Shown: one piece after another, positions 30,501 to 45,300 of the stretch | How the letters are laid out: every line of letters begins with the position of its first letter | Numbering within the stretch: the stretch's first letter is position 1 | Assembly (NCBI GenBank): GCA_951406725.2 | Contig: OX597816.1 | Span: 59,210,001-59,274,000, forward strand | Length of the DNA: 64,000 nucleotides | Source: Octopus vulgaris | Lineage: Eukaryota | Direction of reading: 5' to 3' | Notes under the pieces: generated by a model | What the model saw: the letters and a program-made list of their open reading frames with translations, nothing else | Databases searched by the model: none | What the model was told of the DNA's origin: nothing | Made by a program: the position numbers and the translations under genes

Positions 30501-33500
30501 CCATAAAACCTGATTCAATGCTGAAAGCATGGGAAAAAATGTAGCAAAAAATATCAGGTAACTAAGAGAGAAGCTAGATGTCAGATATATCAGGCTAGAT
30601 GTCAAAAAATGTAAGAGAGAAAGAGAGGGACAGTAAATAGATCTATAAAAGAGGTTGGCAATATAGTTGTGAAAGCCATAAAGGATATGAAGGCAGGGAA
30701 AAAAGCACCATCAACATATAACAGCCAAGATACTGAAAATAATCTTGAAGAGTACAACATGTGCTAGAGACTTATTCAATCAGGTACAACAGGAAGGTGC
30801 TATATGCAATGACTAGCATAGCAGCTTTAAGTACTGTATAATCCAAAGAAATACTAGAGGCATTAAATTAACAAACCAAGTTATGGAAATGACACAAAGT
30901 GACACCGGCACAAGTGTATTCTTCATGGAACCAGCAGAAATGCATTTTTATGTGGCACTGGCACATAAAATAAAGGATATGCCTGTGTGTACTGATGACT
31001 AGAATTTTACTTAGCTTGACATGTCTTCTCAAGTACAGCAAGTCACCACAAGTCCTGGTTCCTTATCTCCTCAGTGAGACCCAATGTTTAAAGATCCTTT
31101 CTCACCACTTAGTTCCATGTCTTCCTGGGTCTACTGCTTCCACAGGTTTCCCCCACAATTAGAGATACATACAAACATACACAGACAGGTAGATAGATGT
31201 GTATGTGTAATAGCCCTCTATTTCATTTTTTATTTAGTTCTTACTCTAACAATTATTATTTGTAACATCAACCTACACTAATTCGAGGAAGCCTTGCAAG
31301 AATTTGAAGGAATTTATTTCATGTGTACTTTTACTGCTAGCTACTCCCTGTCAGCCTGGAATTTACATTGGGTATAGTGTATCATAATCCTATATATTTT
31401 TCCTGCATTACCAAGCATGGACACTGTCTACATGGAAGTGAACTCCTACCTTCTTCCCTGCTAAGATTTTAGTCTTTGATAGGTATATATACTTTGAGGC
31501 CTCTTGATTCTAGGTTTTGCTTCCAAGTTTGGAATTACTTTATTGAGTATGAGATTCAACAATCAGACAATTTCTGCAGGCAGCCTATCTCAACTAAATT
31601 TCTGTGTTATGGCCTAAAACACTACAACAAACATTAGAAGTTAAGAGCTGAGTTCTGGTGGACATTAACCTGTGCACTACAATTCTCACAGAACTTTGTG
31701 CCAACTCTCACCTTGTTGACTGCACCCTTGTACATGCTATGCACAATCCTTGCAAGCCATTCATATATTTCTAAGTGTTTTCTGAGCATGCACTAGATTA
31801 TGAAGTATGGAACCTTGTCAGATGCCTTTTCCAGGTCAATGAATATTAGGCAGAATAGTTTACTCTTAGCTAAGTACTAATTCACTTGTCCATCTATAAA
31901 GAAGGTATCAATGGTTCCCTCTTCCAGACAGAAAGTCAAACTGCATCTATAATAATTCCCTTCTTTATCAGTTCTTTTTGTAACTTTTATCGCTTCATCT
32001 ATTAATTTCATGCACAATGTATTTTTCTCATAACAGCTGAGGATAACTGCAACAATAGTCATTGGGTATGGCATCACACAGTTATCAAATTTAACAGTCA
32101 GTCCCTCTTTTTGATCTACTTGCAGTAGGCTCTCTTTCTCATGCATTTTCCATATTCAGCAACTTCTCATAGTAGTATTTGCATACTGCTTTCTTTTCAG
32201 TACTAGTGAAGAAAGACAAGTATGCTATCAGTTGATACACAGTTTTCCCAAGTAATTTCTTGATTCTCTCTAATACATTACTTTGCAATCTGGAGCACAA
32301 TACTTTGGTGCCGAACATATGCAAACCTCTTATTCTTGGTTTCTTTTCTGGCTAAGTACATCTAATGACTAGATTCTCTTTTAGTAATTTGATACTGTTC
32401 TTGAACACCCCACCACCTTCTTCAGCCATTTAAAACCTGCTTTTATGGTTGTATCAACAATATTTATTTCCCCACCAAGTCACTTTGTTTGGCTGGAATC
32501 CTGCACCAATCACAGATCTCATCTATTGCTTGAAGTATGTTGTCTTAAAGTAACTCTCAAGTATCTTATCTATCTCTTCCTCTTTTCTGTTATATATACC
32601 TAATAAAACTTCTCTGAACCTACACCAAGTCAAGAGTATTTCCATTTCCAAATTTTCCTTTGCCAGATTGACACACAAGAAATTCCTTCAACTACTCAGA
32701 AGGCTCACTAAGAATAGTAGATAGTTTCTGTTAAGTAACCTAATCAACAGTGAAAGTGGTCATGGCAAAAACATAGTAGCCAGCATAAAGACAGAGTGAA
32801 AATCAAGTTCAGAAAGTTGTCCCTTCTGCTGTCCAAGAAAATTGGTCTCTTCCATTAAATAAAGAATAAAGTGTATAACACCTGTGTATCAAGGGCAATA
32901 CTGCACAGTTGTAAAATATGAATATTGAAGGAGGAGGATGTTCAAAACCTGGGAAAAAATGAGGTGAACATGTTCTCTGATGTCAGATCATCTGTACTCC
33001 ATATATATTAAGAGAAAAACTGGCCGGTAGTTTGCAACAGAGAAAACTGCTTTGTTATAGATATGGTGTGTGGATGAAGGATGGCAATCGGGTGAAAAAA
33101 AAGAGTCAAGCTGTCCAAGAGGAAGGCATCTACAAGAAAGGAAGTCCAAAGACAGTGGAACAAGCAGTGCATTCTGCTCTCAAGCTGTTCAATCTTGTGG
33201 AAGAAATTTTCAAGGATTATAAGAAGTGACAGGCCACTATACTAGAATGAAACTATAAAACAGATGGTAGCATGGAAAAATGAGCAGATGATAATCGTGA
33301 TGTGTGCATGCATATATATATATGTGCCTATATACGTAAATGTGTGTGTATAAATTTCTATTTTCTCAGTATGAAATTTTGTGTTTTGCAAATGTTCGAG
33401 TGATACCTGTGTATAGAAATGCAATTGTGAGCAAACCAAATGTGTCTTTATACAGACATGTCTGTTATATACATCTATGCATGCATATACATGCTTGTCT

Positions 33501-36500
33501 GTACACTCAGAACCATGTGCTATGCCTCATTTTTCTACACCCTTTGACAGTGAAATTTCCATTGATAAATTGTTGATTGGAATGAAGTTCATTGAAAACA
33601 TAAATGAAACCAAAAGTACAACAATCAAAATGCATAGTTTCTTATTTCATAATTCCAGTTAACAATGAATTCACTAAAGAATAAAGATTTTGATAACAAA
33701 AATAAGTAATATTAGATATAAAACTATACATATGAAAATCAAATGCCTATGGTAAATAAAACTGTATTATACTTCAGATTATCATCTCTCTATATACCCA
33801 ACAAAAAGAAATGAAACAAAAACAAACCATAACTTCGATGTATACATATAAACACACACACAAACACACAGCCACCAGGCATCCTAAAATGATAACATTA
33901 GTAACATATTTTATATAATTATAGCCAACAGCCAATGGTATGATTTCCTTCACATTATTCTTGTGGTTCAACATGTAACCTCTGAAACAAGTTTATATCC
34001 AAGATAAAGAGTATAAGTACAATGCTATTGATAAAACTACTGTGTAACTAAATATAAAGAGAAAATTTCATTGATAAAATATAATAAAGTACATTTTCAG
34101 CACAACTAAAAAGTATAAGTATTGACCTCCTGTATACATTAGAAAAAATGCGAAGAACTTTAACATTAATCATTTTAACACTTATAGATTACCGCAAATA
34201 GCAAAAAACCACAAATTTAACCTGGTTTTACATTAATCACCAAAATAAAAGATACAAGAGTGGAGAGATGCCATAAGACTTATCTAAAATAAATGCCGTT
34301 TCACATTATCAAAACAAAAAGATTCTTACCACAACAAAATTGGATTCTCCCACATTGAAAACTAGATTACTTACATACTGAAATTGAGCTTATCCAAAAT
34401 AATTATTTACACACACACACACACTGTGAGTCGACAAACAACAGAAAATAGCACTCAACACATTTGGTAGGAGTGAGATATATTTTTTAATAATAGTTTG
34501 TCTCAGCTCCATGTGGCCATATAGGACAAACCCTTATCATCAGACAACAGAAGATAAATTCTTCTCCCAATTTCACGTGTATGTGTGTGTGTGTGCATGT
34601 GTGTGTTCACAAATTTATATTACTTTTCACTATTTTCGTCCATATTGCATATATTACTAGCAATGTTAAAAAGTAAAAGATCTTTCTCAAGATATTACAT
34701 ACATCTTGTACAAATGACCATATAACTGCCACACCTTGCATACAACAGTTAAGATTTAATACAAGCCCTAACTAAAATATGACAATCAAAATTATTCTAA
34801 ACTAAAACTCTTCCTAAATAATATGCAATATTTAGTGTTTTCCTTTTGTTAATTAAATCCTTATAAACATATTTTAACAAAGAAATAATAGTTATGTAAA
34901 AACAGGTATAATTTGAAAAAATATTTAAAATCTACTGATATCAATTATTCAAAACAATCTTTATAAAAATTTCTTAACATGACCCAAATCTTACAATAAT
35001 CATTAAACCTTTAGCATTCAAACCAGCCATATCCGGCCCAAATATTCTACTTGTTTTATGCTCAAATTGGCCAGATCCAACTTTTCATACCTATCCCACA
35101 ATGTGATACTGAAAAATAAGCAATCACATTATTGAAATCTTGAAGCTATGAGACAGTGCATGGTTGATTTAAAACAATGTGAATAAATAAGCATTAGATT
35201 TGACAAAGAAATCTGAATGCTAAAGGGTTAAACTGTATCATGAAGTAACTCTTCTTGCTTCAGTCTACCTATATGATAGACTTTCATTTAAAATTTGTAG
35301 CTAACATGACAGTAATACTTGTCTGAAATATGGAGGGCTCTAAGTTGGAAAATTGGATGTGAAAGACTGGGCTTCTACAGTTGCTCAGAAAATTACATCA
35401 GTTAAATTTTCATCAGCAAATTCAGGTCTTTGTATATTTAGCATACTGTAGCTTTTGGTGACTCATAAAGATTTGATTAGCTGCTCAATGCTACAGAGTT
35501 AATAGAATAAGTAAGTTTATAGGACCTACTCAACATAACAATAACTAGATTTTAAAAAAGAAATTTGAACTTAAATCTATTAACCTTATTTTTCTTTCCA
35601 AAGATTAATTCATTTTTAACAGGCTGTAATATACTACTTTTCTTTTGAATTGTTTAACAAACAAGCACTACACTAAATGCTGTCTAATTCCCAAATGTCC
35701 CAGAGAAAAGATCTGCTTTGTAAGAATAAAGAGTTACACGAGATAACAAAAGCATCCACATAATCCACAACAATAAAAACATCTATGTACATACATAACT
35801 AAAGCAGTGATTGGCAGATAAGATTTACAAAAAGCACAACTATGTTTGATATAAAAGTTAGTGTTAAGACACACACACACACACATACAACAAAAAGCAA
35901 TACACAACATTTAATCAATGTTAAATCCAAGCATGCTTCTTCAAATATTTAGCAAACTTAACACAGCTTACAAGCATACTGTGCTATGATACAACACATC
36001 TACAGTTTTAGAGTACAATCTTTAATTATGAAATTTGATTATAAAACTTTCCTACCTGCATGCTCTCAGGATCCACCGACTGAGATCTTGGGGATAGGAG
36101 ATCACCTTGATTTGATCTAGGAGACATTCCTGGATGAACAGGATGCCTTAAAACTGATGCTGAAAATCTCATTTGCTCTGCTGCATTGGCAAAATTTCCT
36201 TTTTGTGATGACTGTGGCATTGGACCAGGTGATAGCAATGGCTTTTGTCCATAAGGGCTGTCTGGACCTGAAAGTCCAGCTAAAGGACTATGAGCTGTTT
36301 TGAGAGCAGGTGTTATTGGTCTTGAGCCTGTTCCAGGAACAGAGAATGGATCTTGACTTGATTGGCTATTAGCATCAGAAGAAAAAGAATCCATTGAATG
36401 ATTTGGTGACGGATGAGATGATGTTGGTAAATTCTGCCAACTGCTGTAATGTGGGTGTTGGAGTTCATGAGGCGAATGTTGCTTAGATAACTGAGATTGC

Positions 36501-39333
36501 TGCTGAGCTAATGCCTGTTGTGCTATGACTTGCTGGGCCATAGCTTGCTTCTGGGCTTGGAGCTGCTGCTGCACAAGAACTTGTTGGTGGTGCTGAGGAG
36601 ACATTCCAGAATGCTGCTGTGCCAAAACTTGCTGAGCAGCTAGTACCTGCTGCTGTTTCTGGTGTTGTACCAAAACTTGTTGCTGTAACAAACTTTGATG
36701 TTGCTGGGGAGTTAGCGGATGACCTTGTTGTTGTACAATTACCTGTTGCTGTTGCACTAAAGCTTGTTGTTGAGGACTCAGAGAAATTTGTTGAGTTAAA
36801 GCTTGTTGTTGGGCCATTGCTTTTTGCTGCTGAGCCATAGCTTGTTGTGCTAATGCAGCCTGTTGAGATATAACTTGATGTTGGTTTAGAGGTGACAACT
36901 GTTGTTGCTGCTGCTGTTGTTGTTGTTGCTGTTGTTGTTGAACCAAAGCTTGCTGTTGTGCAATGGCTTGTCTTTGCTGAGCAATTTTGGCAAATTCTTG
37001 TTGCTTTTGTAACAAAACTTGTTGTTGAGTAAGATTTTGCTGCTGAGTTAAAGCTTGGTGTGTTGTCAATGACTGTTGTTGTGAGAGAGACTGTTGTTGA
37101 GTAAGTAATTGCTGATGAGCTAAGACTTGTTGAGGGTTGCTCAAAGCTTGCTTTTGCTGATGGACAATAGCCTGCTGTTGTTGTTGTGCTAAAGCATGCT
37201 GTTGAGCTAGAACCTGCTGTTTTTGCTGTTGTTGAACTAAAGCTTGTTTCTGCAACTTTTGCTGAGCTATTGACTGTGACTGTTGCTGTTGAACTAAAGC
37301 TTGCTGATGGGATGCAGCTTGAGCTAGTGCTTGTTGGTGTTGTTCTAATGCTTGCTGTTGCTGCTTCTGTACCATTGTTTGCTCCTGTTGTTGGCTTAAA
37401 GTTTGTTGTTGCTGTGACAGGCTTTGCTGATGAGCCAAACTTTGTTGTTGCTCTAAGCTTTGATGTTGATGCTGCTGTGACAGGGGTTGCTGCTGTTGCT
37501 GTTGTTGTTGTTGCTGTTGTACCAAATTTTGTTGCTGCTGTTGATGCTGTTGTGCCAAACTTTGCTGCTGTTGTTGGGCTAAATTTTGCTGCTGTTGTGC
37601 TAAACTTTGCTGCTGCAACAAAGCCTGCTGCTGTTGCACAAGAACTTGCTGCTGTTGCTGTTGTGTTAAACTCTGATGTTGTTGAGCTAAAGCTTGCTGT
37701 TGCTTTTGTTGGTGTTGAGCAATAGCTTGTTGTTGGGATAAAGCCTGCTGCTGCGCAAATGCTTGTTGCTGTTGTTTTGTCAAAGATTGTTGTCGTTGCT
37801 GAGTCAATGCTTGTTGATGATCTTCTTCTAATACTTGTTTATCTTTTGCTAATTGCTTATCTAACAATTGCATCTGATCTTGTGACTGCTGTACTGACAA
37901 CTGCTGCTGCAAATTCTGCGTCTGCTGTGGTTGTTCATCTTTAATTAATTTTTGTTGTTGATCTTGTGAATGTACTGTATTAGATTCTTGGTTTGCTTGT
38001 TGTTCTTGGATTGATTGCTGATTTTGTACCTGATTCAATGCTTGTTGTTGTAAAATTGCTTGCTGTTGTGATAAAGCTTGCTGTTGTTGAAGAAGGGCTA
38101 ATTGTTGTTGAGGGTTTCCAGATTGCTGTATTTGTTTCAACTGAGCTAAAATTTGCTTCTGTTGTTTCATTAACTGCTGTTGTTGTAACTGAGCGTTTAT
38201 AGGTAAGGAATGTTGTTGTTGTTGTTGCTGCTGCTGCTGCTGTTGTTGTTGTTGCTGTTGTTGTTGCTGTTGTTGTTGTTGTTGTTGGGAAAGTGCTTGA
38301 GTCAAGGCTGAAGTTTGAGATGATTTTAGTTGCTGTTGAATTAACCCTTGCTGTTGCGGTAATAAACCTTGTTGCTTTAGTTGTAAAAGAGCTTGGTGGC
38401 TTAATTGGTGAGAAATGGTTTGTTGTTGGCGCTGAGGGAAGTCTTGATGAGCTAATGGCTGCTGTGTAGCAAATCCTTCTGATGGTTTTTGTGCAGCAGA
38501 CAAATAACTGGTTTGGTCTTTGTCATCATTTTGAGGACTTACCAATTCAGTGGATTGATTTGCTTTTATTGTATTCAAAAGTTGATTTTCTGATGAAGTG
38601 AGATTTAACTTGTTCTGGTTACTAAGAGGAGTAGAACTGATCACAGTTCCTTGATCACTTGAAATGCCATGTGTAGGGTGTTGTGTTTGGGTTGAGCCAC
38701 TGAATGAAGGAATTTGATTTTCCGCAAGTGGAGATGTATTTTTCGGACCTAGAAGATGAAAAATTACTTAGGTTACTTTAAGGCAAAGCATTTAAAATCT
38801 TAATTTTTAAAAATTTCCCTTCAATTTTCTTCAACTGTGAAGTTTAATTCTATAATAATAAATAAAATGACATGTATCAAATGCATGAAAATACATTTTT
38901 GGTAGTATATACAAACTTGTATGTATGTGTGTGTGTATATATATGGAAGCACTCCGTCGGTTACGACGACGAGGGTTCCGGTTGATCCGAATCAACGGAA
39001 CAGCCTGTTCGTGAAATTAACGTGTAAATGGCTGAGCACTCCACAGACACGTGTACCTTTAACGTAGTTCTCGGGGATATTCAGCATGACACAGAGAGTG
39101 ACAAGGCCGGCCCTTTGAAATACAGGTACAACAGAAACAGGAAGTAAGAGTGAGAGAAAGTTGTGGTGAAAGAGTACAGCAGGGATCACCACCATCCCCT
39201 GCCAGAGCCTCGTGGAGCTTTAGGTGTTTTCGCTCAATAAACACTCACAACGCCCGGTCTGGGAATCGAAACCGCGATCCTATGACCGTGAGTCCGCTAC
39301 CCTAACCACTGGGCCATTGCGCCTCCACATGTG

Positions 39334-39365
<32 letters not shown>

Positions 39366-42272
39366 CACACACACACACATTACATCATCATCATCGTTTA
39401 ACGTCCGTTTTCCATGCTAGCATGGGTTGAACGGTTCAACTGGGGTCTGGGAAGCCAGGAGGCTGCGCCAGGCCCAGTCTGATCTGGCAGTGTTTCTACA
39501 GCTGGATGCCCAAAACTATTTTCTTGTTCCTGTTTAACCACCAAATCAGCTGTAATCAAACTTGAGGTCATCGTTGCTCCAACCATGACACAATCAGCTT
39601 TTGCAATTGTAGCTTCTCTAGAACAATGTACCTAGGTGTGGTTGATATTTCTAAAAGTTTGAGTAATCAGATAGAAGCTCCTTTGTTGGTTTGGCTGTCC
39701 CCTTATTTTTATACAAACACGTGTGCGTTTACACACAAGCATGGCTGTGCATTTACGAAGCTTGTTTTGATACCATTTGGTCTTAGATTCAATCCCATTG
39801 TGTGACACCATAGATAAGTGTATACTCTAGTCCAAAGCCAACCAAAGCTCTGTGAGTGGATTTGGTAGACAGAAACTGGAAGAAGCCTTCATGTTTGTTT
39901 GTTTGTTTTTGTGTGTGTGTGTGTACCAGTGAAAATCAAAAGAAAAAGGAATAAAAGTGCTATTATTAAAGGCTACTAAATGTGGAAAAAAAAAAGTGGG
40001 GGGATAAATCTTCCTATTGTGAACTTGACAGAGTGGCTAACTATTACAATTGACAGCAACATGATAGACAAACCAATTAAAGATGTGAAGACAAAGAAAG
40101 CTTCTGATCTCTCAGGAATTACTACTGAAATATTTAAAGTAAGATGCAGCATATCTGACAACATTGAGAAGACTTCATATTCTGAAAAAACTATTTAACT
40201 ATACATTCATTTATTCTTTTACTGGGCTGTGCCAATGCCATTAAGTGATTTACTCATTTATAATGATCTCAGTATTTATTGGGTAGTCATCTATCTGATA
40301 AAAACGCAAGTTACCCCCCTTTAGTGACATCATGGGAGGTGTATATGTGTGCAGGTGCATGAACATATGCAAGTGATCTTAAGCATAGATTCCACCTACC
40401 AAATTCCACCCACAAGACATTAGCCAATCTAAGGCTTTGGTGAAAGACAATTACCAAGGTTCTGCACAGTGGAACTGAACCAAAAACCATATGGCTTTAT
40501 AGTAAACTTCTGCTTGAGTCAGAGTAGAGAGATAGGCTAAAACATGTTAACTTACTATTTTGATGTTGAAATGACTGCTGTAAATGTTCCAGGCGGTTCA
40601 CTGGAGTCTGAGGTGATGGACTTTGTTGTGGTGAGACTGGTTGTGGAGAAGGAAGAGTAGAAGATGGTGATGGAATTGAGGCATAATGTGTTAATGGTTG
40701 GTTTCCTATTTCATGTTCAGCTGATGTTCCTGGATGATTAGGTGATGACAGGCCTGTCAAACAACCTGGATGTGTTGGAGGTGGTGGTGGAGGAGGTGGT
40801 GGCATCATAGCTGCTGCAGCTGCAGCCTGTTGAGCAGCCACTTGACGGGCTTCCATCTGTTTTCGTTTTATTTCCTGGTAATAATAAATGAACATTATAT
40901 CATTAATTAGTAATTAGAGGAGATTCCTGTAATAAATTTGCACAAAGCATAAAAAAATAGCCATTCTTGATTTAGGTCTTAATGATGTGATTTTGGCAAT
41001 TCATCAGGAGAAAAATGTCAAAATGCTTCAAAAAGTTATATAATCAGGAAAATAAGAAAATCAAATTGTCTATTTCAAAAGAAAAAGAAAAAAAATTAGT
41101 TCAAGCCACCTTTATCATGTGAATTTCATCACTATTCAATGGATAACACATTCATATTTTACCATTCTTCAAAAACAACTTAATATTATGAGAAGCTATG
41201 TAAAAATCAAAATAACACTCACTCCCAACCAACACAGACATTTGGTCAACATAAAAGCTATTCAGAAATTGTGAACATAAGATGATGTTCTTGAAGACTT
41301 TTATAGAACGTTGTACTTTTTTGTAAATCTGATTATGCAATTCTGAGGATATTATTTTAGATCAGTTACATCTGAGAACCGGTTTCTAAACACTTACTTC
41401 GTTCCTTACCAGAAGAGGTCATGTGACAACTAAAATGGCAATATTCTCCAATAATGAATTATTGCATGCATTAGTAAAATGAAGACATTTCCAACATTTG
41501 GTGGGGGGGGAGCTTAAATGAAACTACTAAGTAGCAATCAGGAATTAAGCCTTATTTTCAAGCAAAAGAAAGTATCACTAAAATTAGTAAGTACTATATA
41601 CTAAAATTGTGAACCAAAAGTTACAAGTAAAATGGGTTTTCAATTGGTCATTATTTGAAATTTTCACAGGAACTAAATAAATAAACCAATAAAATAAAGT
41701 TTTATAAGAGAGGTTACAATTGAGATACTTTATATTTGGGACTTAAGGGGGTTAATATAAATAATTTGTGAAGTTTGCAACTATAAACATATTTTACCTA
41801 AAAACATCTTAATGTGATTAAAAATTACAGAGAAATTATTGCTTCTAGAAGTAATTTTAAAACATCATTAAAATATATTTTAAATGCTTACTCTGTGTTC
41901 TCTTTGAATTTTGCTGCTTGCCCTATTCTTTCGTGCTCTTAGCTAAAAAGACACAAAAGCAAGTTTCAATAAACAGACATACACACAGTCTATGACATAT
42001 ACAGTATAAAACAAGATTACAATTTATAAATAATCAACTTGTATAGCATAGGTACATTAGAAGGAGGAAAGAAAGATGGAAAATTGGGATTCAAATGATT
42101 ATTATCTACCTTCAAATCTTTCCACTCTTACAAAATATTATACACTCAAGCAATTTTGAAGACCAACATGACATGAAATGTCCCTCTAAGTTTTTAAGAA
42201 TTTCTCTGAAATATTAAATCACTTGGTGCATTTACTGCAGAATAAACTAAATTCCTGGCAAGCTAATTCCTC

Positions 42273-42303
<31 letters not shown>

Positions 42304-45300
42304 TTAAATATTCATATAGCACTAGGAGAGAAGACAAAGGGACATAATAAACTAGCAAAAAAAATTACTGGATAATTCCAGATCCCAGATTTCTAGCTTT
42401 GCATAAGAGATACTCTGCCTTCATCAGTGGAATATACTCAGATGGCACATAAATATAAATATATATATATGTGGAAGAGGCAGACCCAGGAAAACCTGGG
42501 ATGAGGTGGTGAAGCATGACCTTCGAACTTTAGGTCTCACCGAGGAAATGACTAGAGACCGAGACCTTTGGAAGTATGCTGTGCGTGAGAAGACCCGGCA
42601 GGACAAGTGAGCACCCACTACAATCTCAGAGTGATTGGCGTTAGGAAGGGTATCTAGCTGTAGAAACTTTGCCAGATCAGATTGAGCCTGGTGCAGCCTC
42701 TGGCTTACCAGTCTTCAGTCAAACTGTCCAACTCATGCCAGCATGGAAAGAGGACATTAAACGGTGATGATGATATATATATAAATTTTAAATATGTTTG
42801 TGGCATACTTCTGAAGAAAAATTTACTGCAGTGTTCCTCATTACTGCTTAGCATTGTTATTTCTGTATTTATTCTGACCAGGTAGTCAACGAGTGCAACT
42901 CAATTACTTGTATTGACCATACTAAGATAAAACTGCAGCTCTGTAATCTGCTCAGGGTTACTTCTCTTCAGTATCTCTTATTAAGGGAGGCTAAGAAGCT
43001 AGAAATGCATCTTGGAGTGAGAGGCAGACACTGGGTGGATAAAGTGTATTTAAATTTTTTACCATAAGTGATCATTCTTTCTCCATAGTAACTGCAGTGA
43101 ATTTGCCTTTAAAGGATTTTAACTAACATAAGTTTGTTTGTTCCTCACCACTGCTTAGTACTGCTATTCCCCACACACACACACACACCACACACAAACA
43201 GGCTTCTGTACAATTTCTAGCACTAGGAGAGAAGACAAAGGGACATAATAAACTCACAAAACATTGATAAACCGGAGATTAGATTGAAAGAAACTTAGCC
43301 AAGGTGCCTCACAATGAGATCAAACCCAAAACTACATGGTTGCAAAGCTAACTTCTTAACCAACAGCCATATCCAACACTATGTAAAATTTCAAAATAAC
43401 CTTCCATTTTCATCTTCCTTTCAGGACTCTCCAACACTTGTCTACATTAGTTTTTCATTATCAAATAATAATGGAAGAACTTGAACTTAGTGTATAAATG
43501 TATACTTTCTGTGAATGTCCAACTGCTTTAAGAATATCAAAACAGATGATATATATATAAATTTTAAATATGTTTGTGGCATACTTCTGAAGAAAAATTT
43601 ACTCTTGCTTATTGGTTAAAAAATGATTTTAATATTTGTTCTGTTTGTTATTTTATAATGTAAAGAAATGAGATATTTACCAAATAAGGAGATTTTTCAA
43701 TGGGTGTTAATTTCTTCCAGATTTTGTTAATTTGCTTTACTCTTTCTGTCCATTCTTTAAAAAAAGAAGTAAATAAACAGGAATTGTATTATTTCAAAGC
43801 ATTATTTTGTGCTGTAAAAATTGTAATTACAAATATATAACTGAGGAACTGCAGCAAGTAGCTTATTCTAATGGAAATATTAGTAAAATGTAACAGTCGG
43901 GAAATAAAAACAATGTATTCCCCACAAACCAAATAATAATACTGAAATCCCACAATGTTAAAAATTATACAATAGATAAAAATAATTAAATACAATAATT
44001 AAATGATAATGGTAGTCACAAAATCATCAGCTACAAAACTTTGGAGAAAAAAAATCACATGAACCAGGACTTCATATACAAATTCATTTCAGTCAATATT
44101 ATTGAATATATAATCTCACTTCTATCCAACTTTCAAAACATAATAAGTATTAAATAAAAACTTCAACATATTTATGTATTATTTATTTACTAATATCTAC
44201 TTTCATAAGCTATTTATTTAAATTGACTCTTCAATATATAACTTCCTAAATCTCTCTCTCTCTCTCAGCCTTCCTTCCTCCTTAATTCTTCATGGAATTT
44301 TCTAAATGGAATCTATTTTTCCCTCCTATGTTCTCAAGTTGGCTACATATCTTTTGTACCATCTCTCTAAATTAACACTTGCTTGTTCACTCCAGGTCAG
44401 GAATTGTATTATTTCAAAGCATTATTTTGTGCTGTAAAAATTGTAATTATTTCTTGCCACTCACTATTGCTCTTCGTGCTATTTTTCTGCTATTATCATT
44501 GCTATTGTCTCTGGCCCAGGAAGTAAGAAAGCATCTGGTCATAGCATAGCTATAAAACACTTTACTCACATAATTCCTCCCTGTTTTTCATGCAATCTCA
44601 AATTGTTCTCGGACGCCCAGTTATGCATTGCTAAGATATTCTCTCGTCTTTTGAATATATAATCTCACTTCTATCCAACTTTCAAAACATAATAATATGA
44701 ATTGTCATTTACGTTTATTTCTTTATTTATTTACTGATATCTACTTTCATAAGCTACATATTTTTTGTATCATCTATCTAAATTAACCCTCGCTTGTTTG
44801 CGGTGCACCCGCCCATTCCCACTCACCCCCACCAATACCAGATACCTGTTCTCTGTTCTCCCGCCACCAACACTGGACATCTCTCTCTTCTCTCATCAGA
44901 AACCCTCTCCCTCACTGGTGGTATCCTCTATCAAAGCTGCAATCTCCTCTCCATCTTTCTCCCTCTCCCAGGACAAATGCTGCCCACCTACTTAATTGGC
45001 TAGCAACCAAATACACAAGCATAAGCATAAAGAATGAATAATGAGAGATGATCCTGAAATAACAGAGTGAATTTAAGCACTTGAAGAGAATCATTAAAAT
45101 TTTTGAACAAAAGCAAGTAATATTAGAACCAAAGAATAAAACTCACCTGGGATTTGAGATTTTAATTCTGGATAGTTTACATTTGCATACAAAACTGGAG
45201 ATATAGTGGCATTCTGCCCAAGAGCTTCATCAGTTTCCCATTTCAATATATTTCGACGGCTAGAACCCTCTGGTTGATCATCATCTATTACACCAGACCA

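Noticed and set aside
6914-35000. Numerous 60-130 aa ORFs rich in HTHT, YIYI, CVCV or F/L/I
   Set aside because: Translations of microsatellites, AT-rich intron and decayed repeats, with no coding signal.
36619-38202. Plus-strand V/A/L-rich ORFs (up to 179 aa)
   Set aside because: Antisense shadows of the CAA/CAG-rich exon.
39255-39328. tRNA-like sequence with A and B boxes
   Set aside because: It is the head of a SINE and continues into the SINE body; no proper acceptor stem.
42317-44695. Repeated 37-59 bp units as a CRISPR-like array
   Set aside because: Each unit occurs only twice, units differ from each other, spacing is irregular, and the context is eukaryotic.
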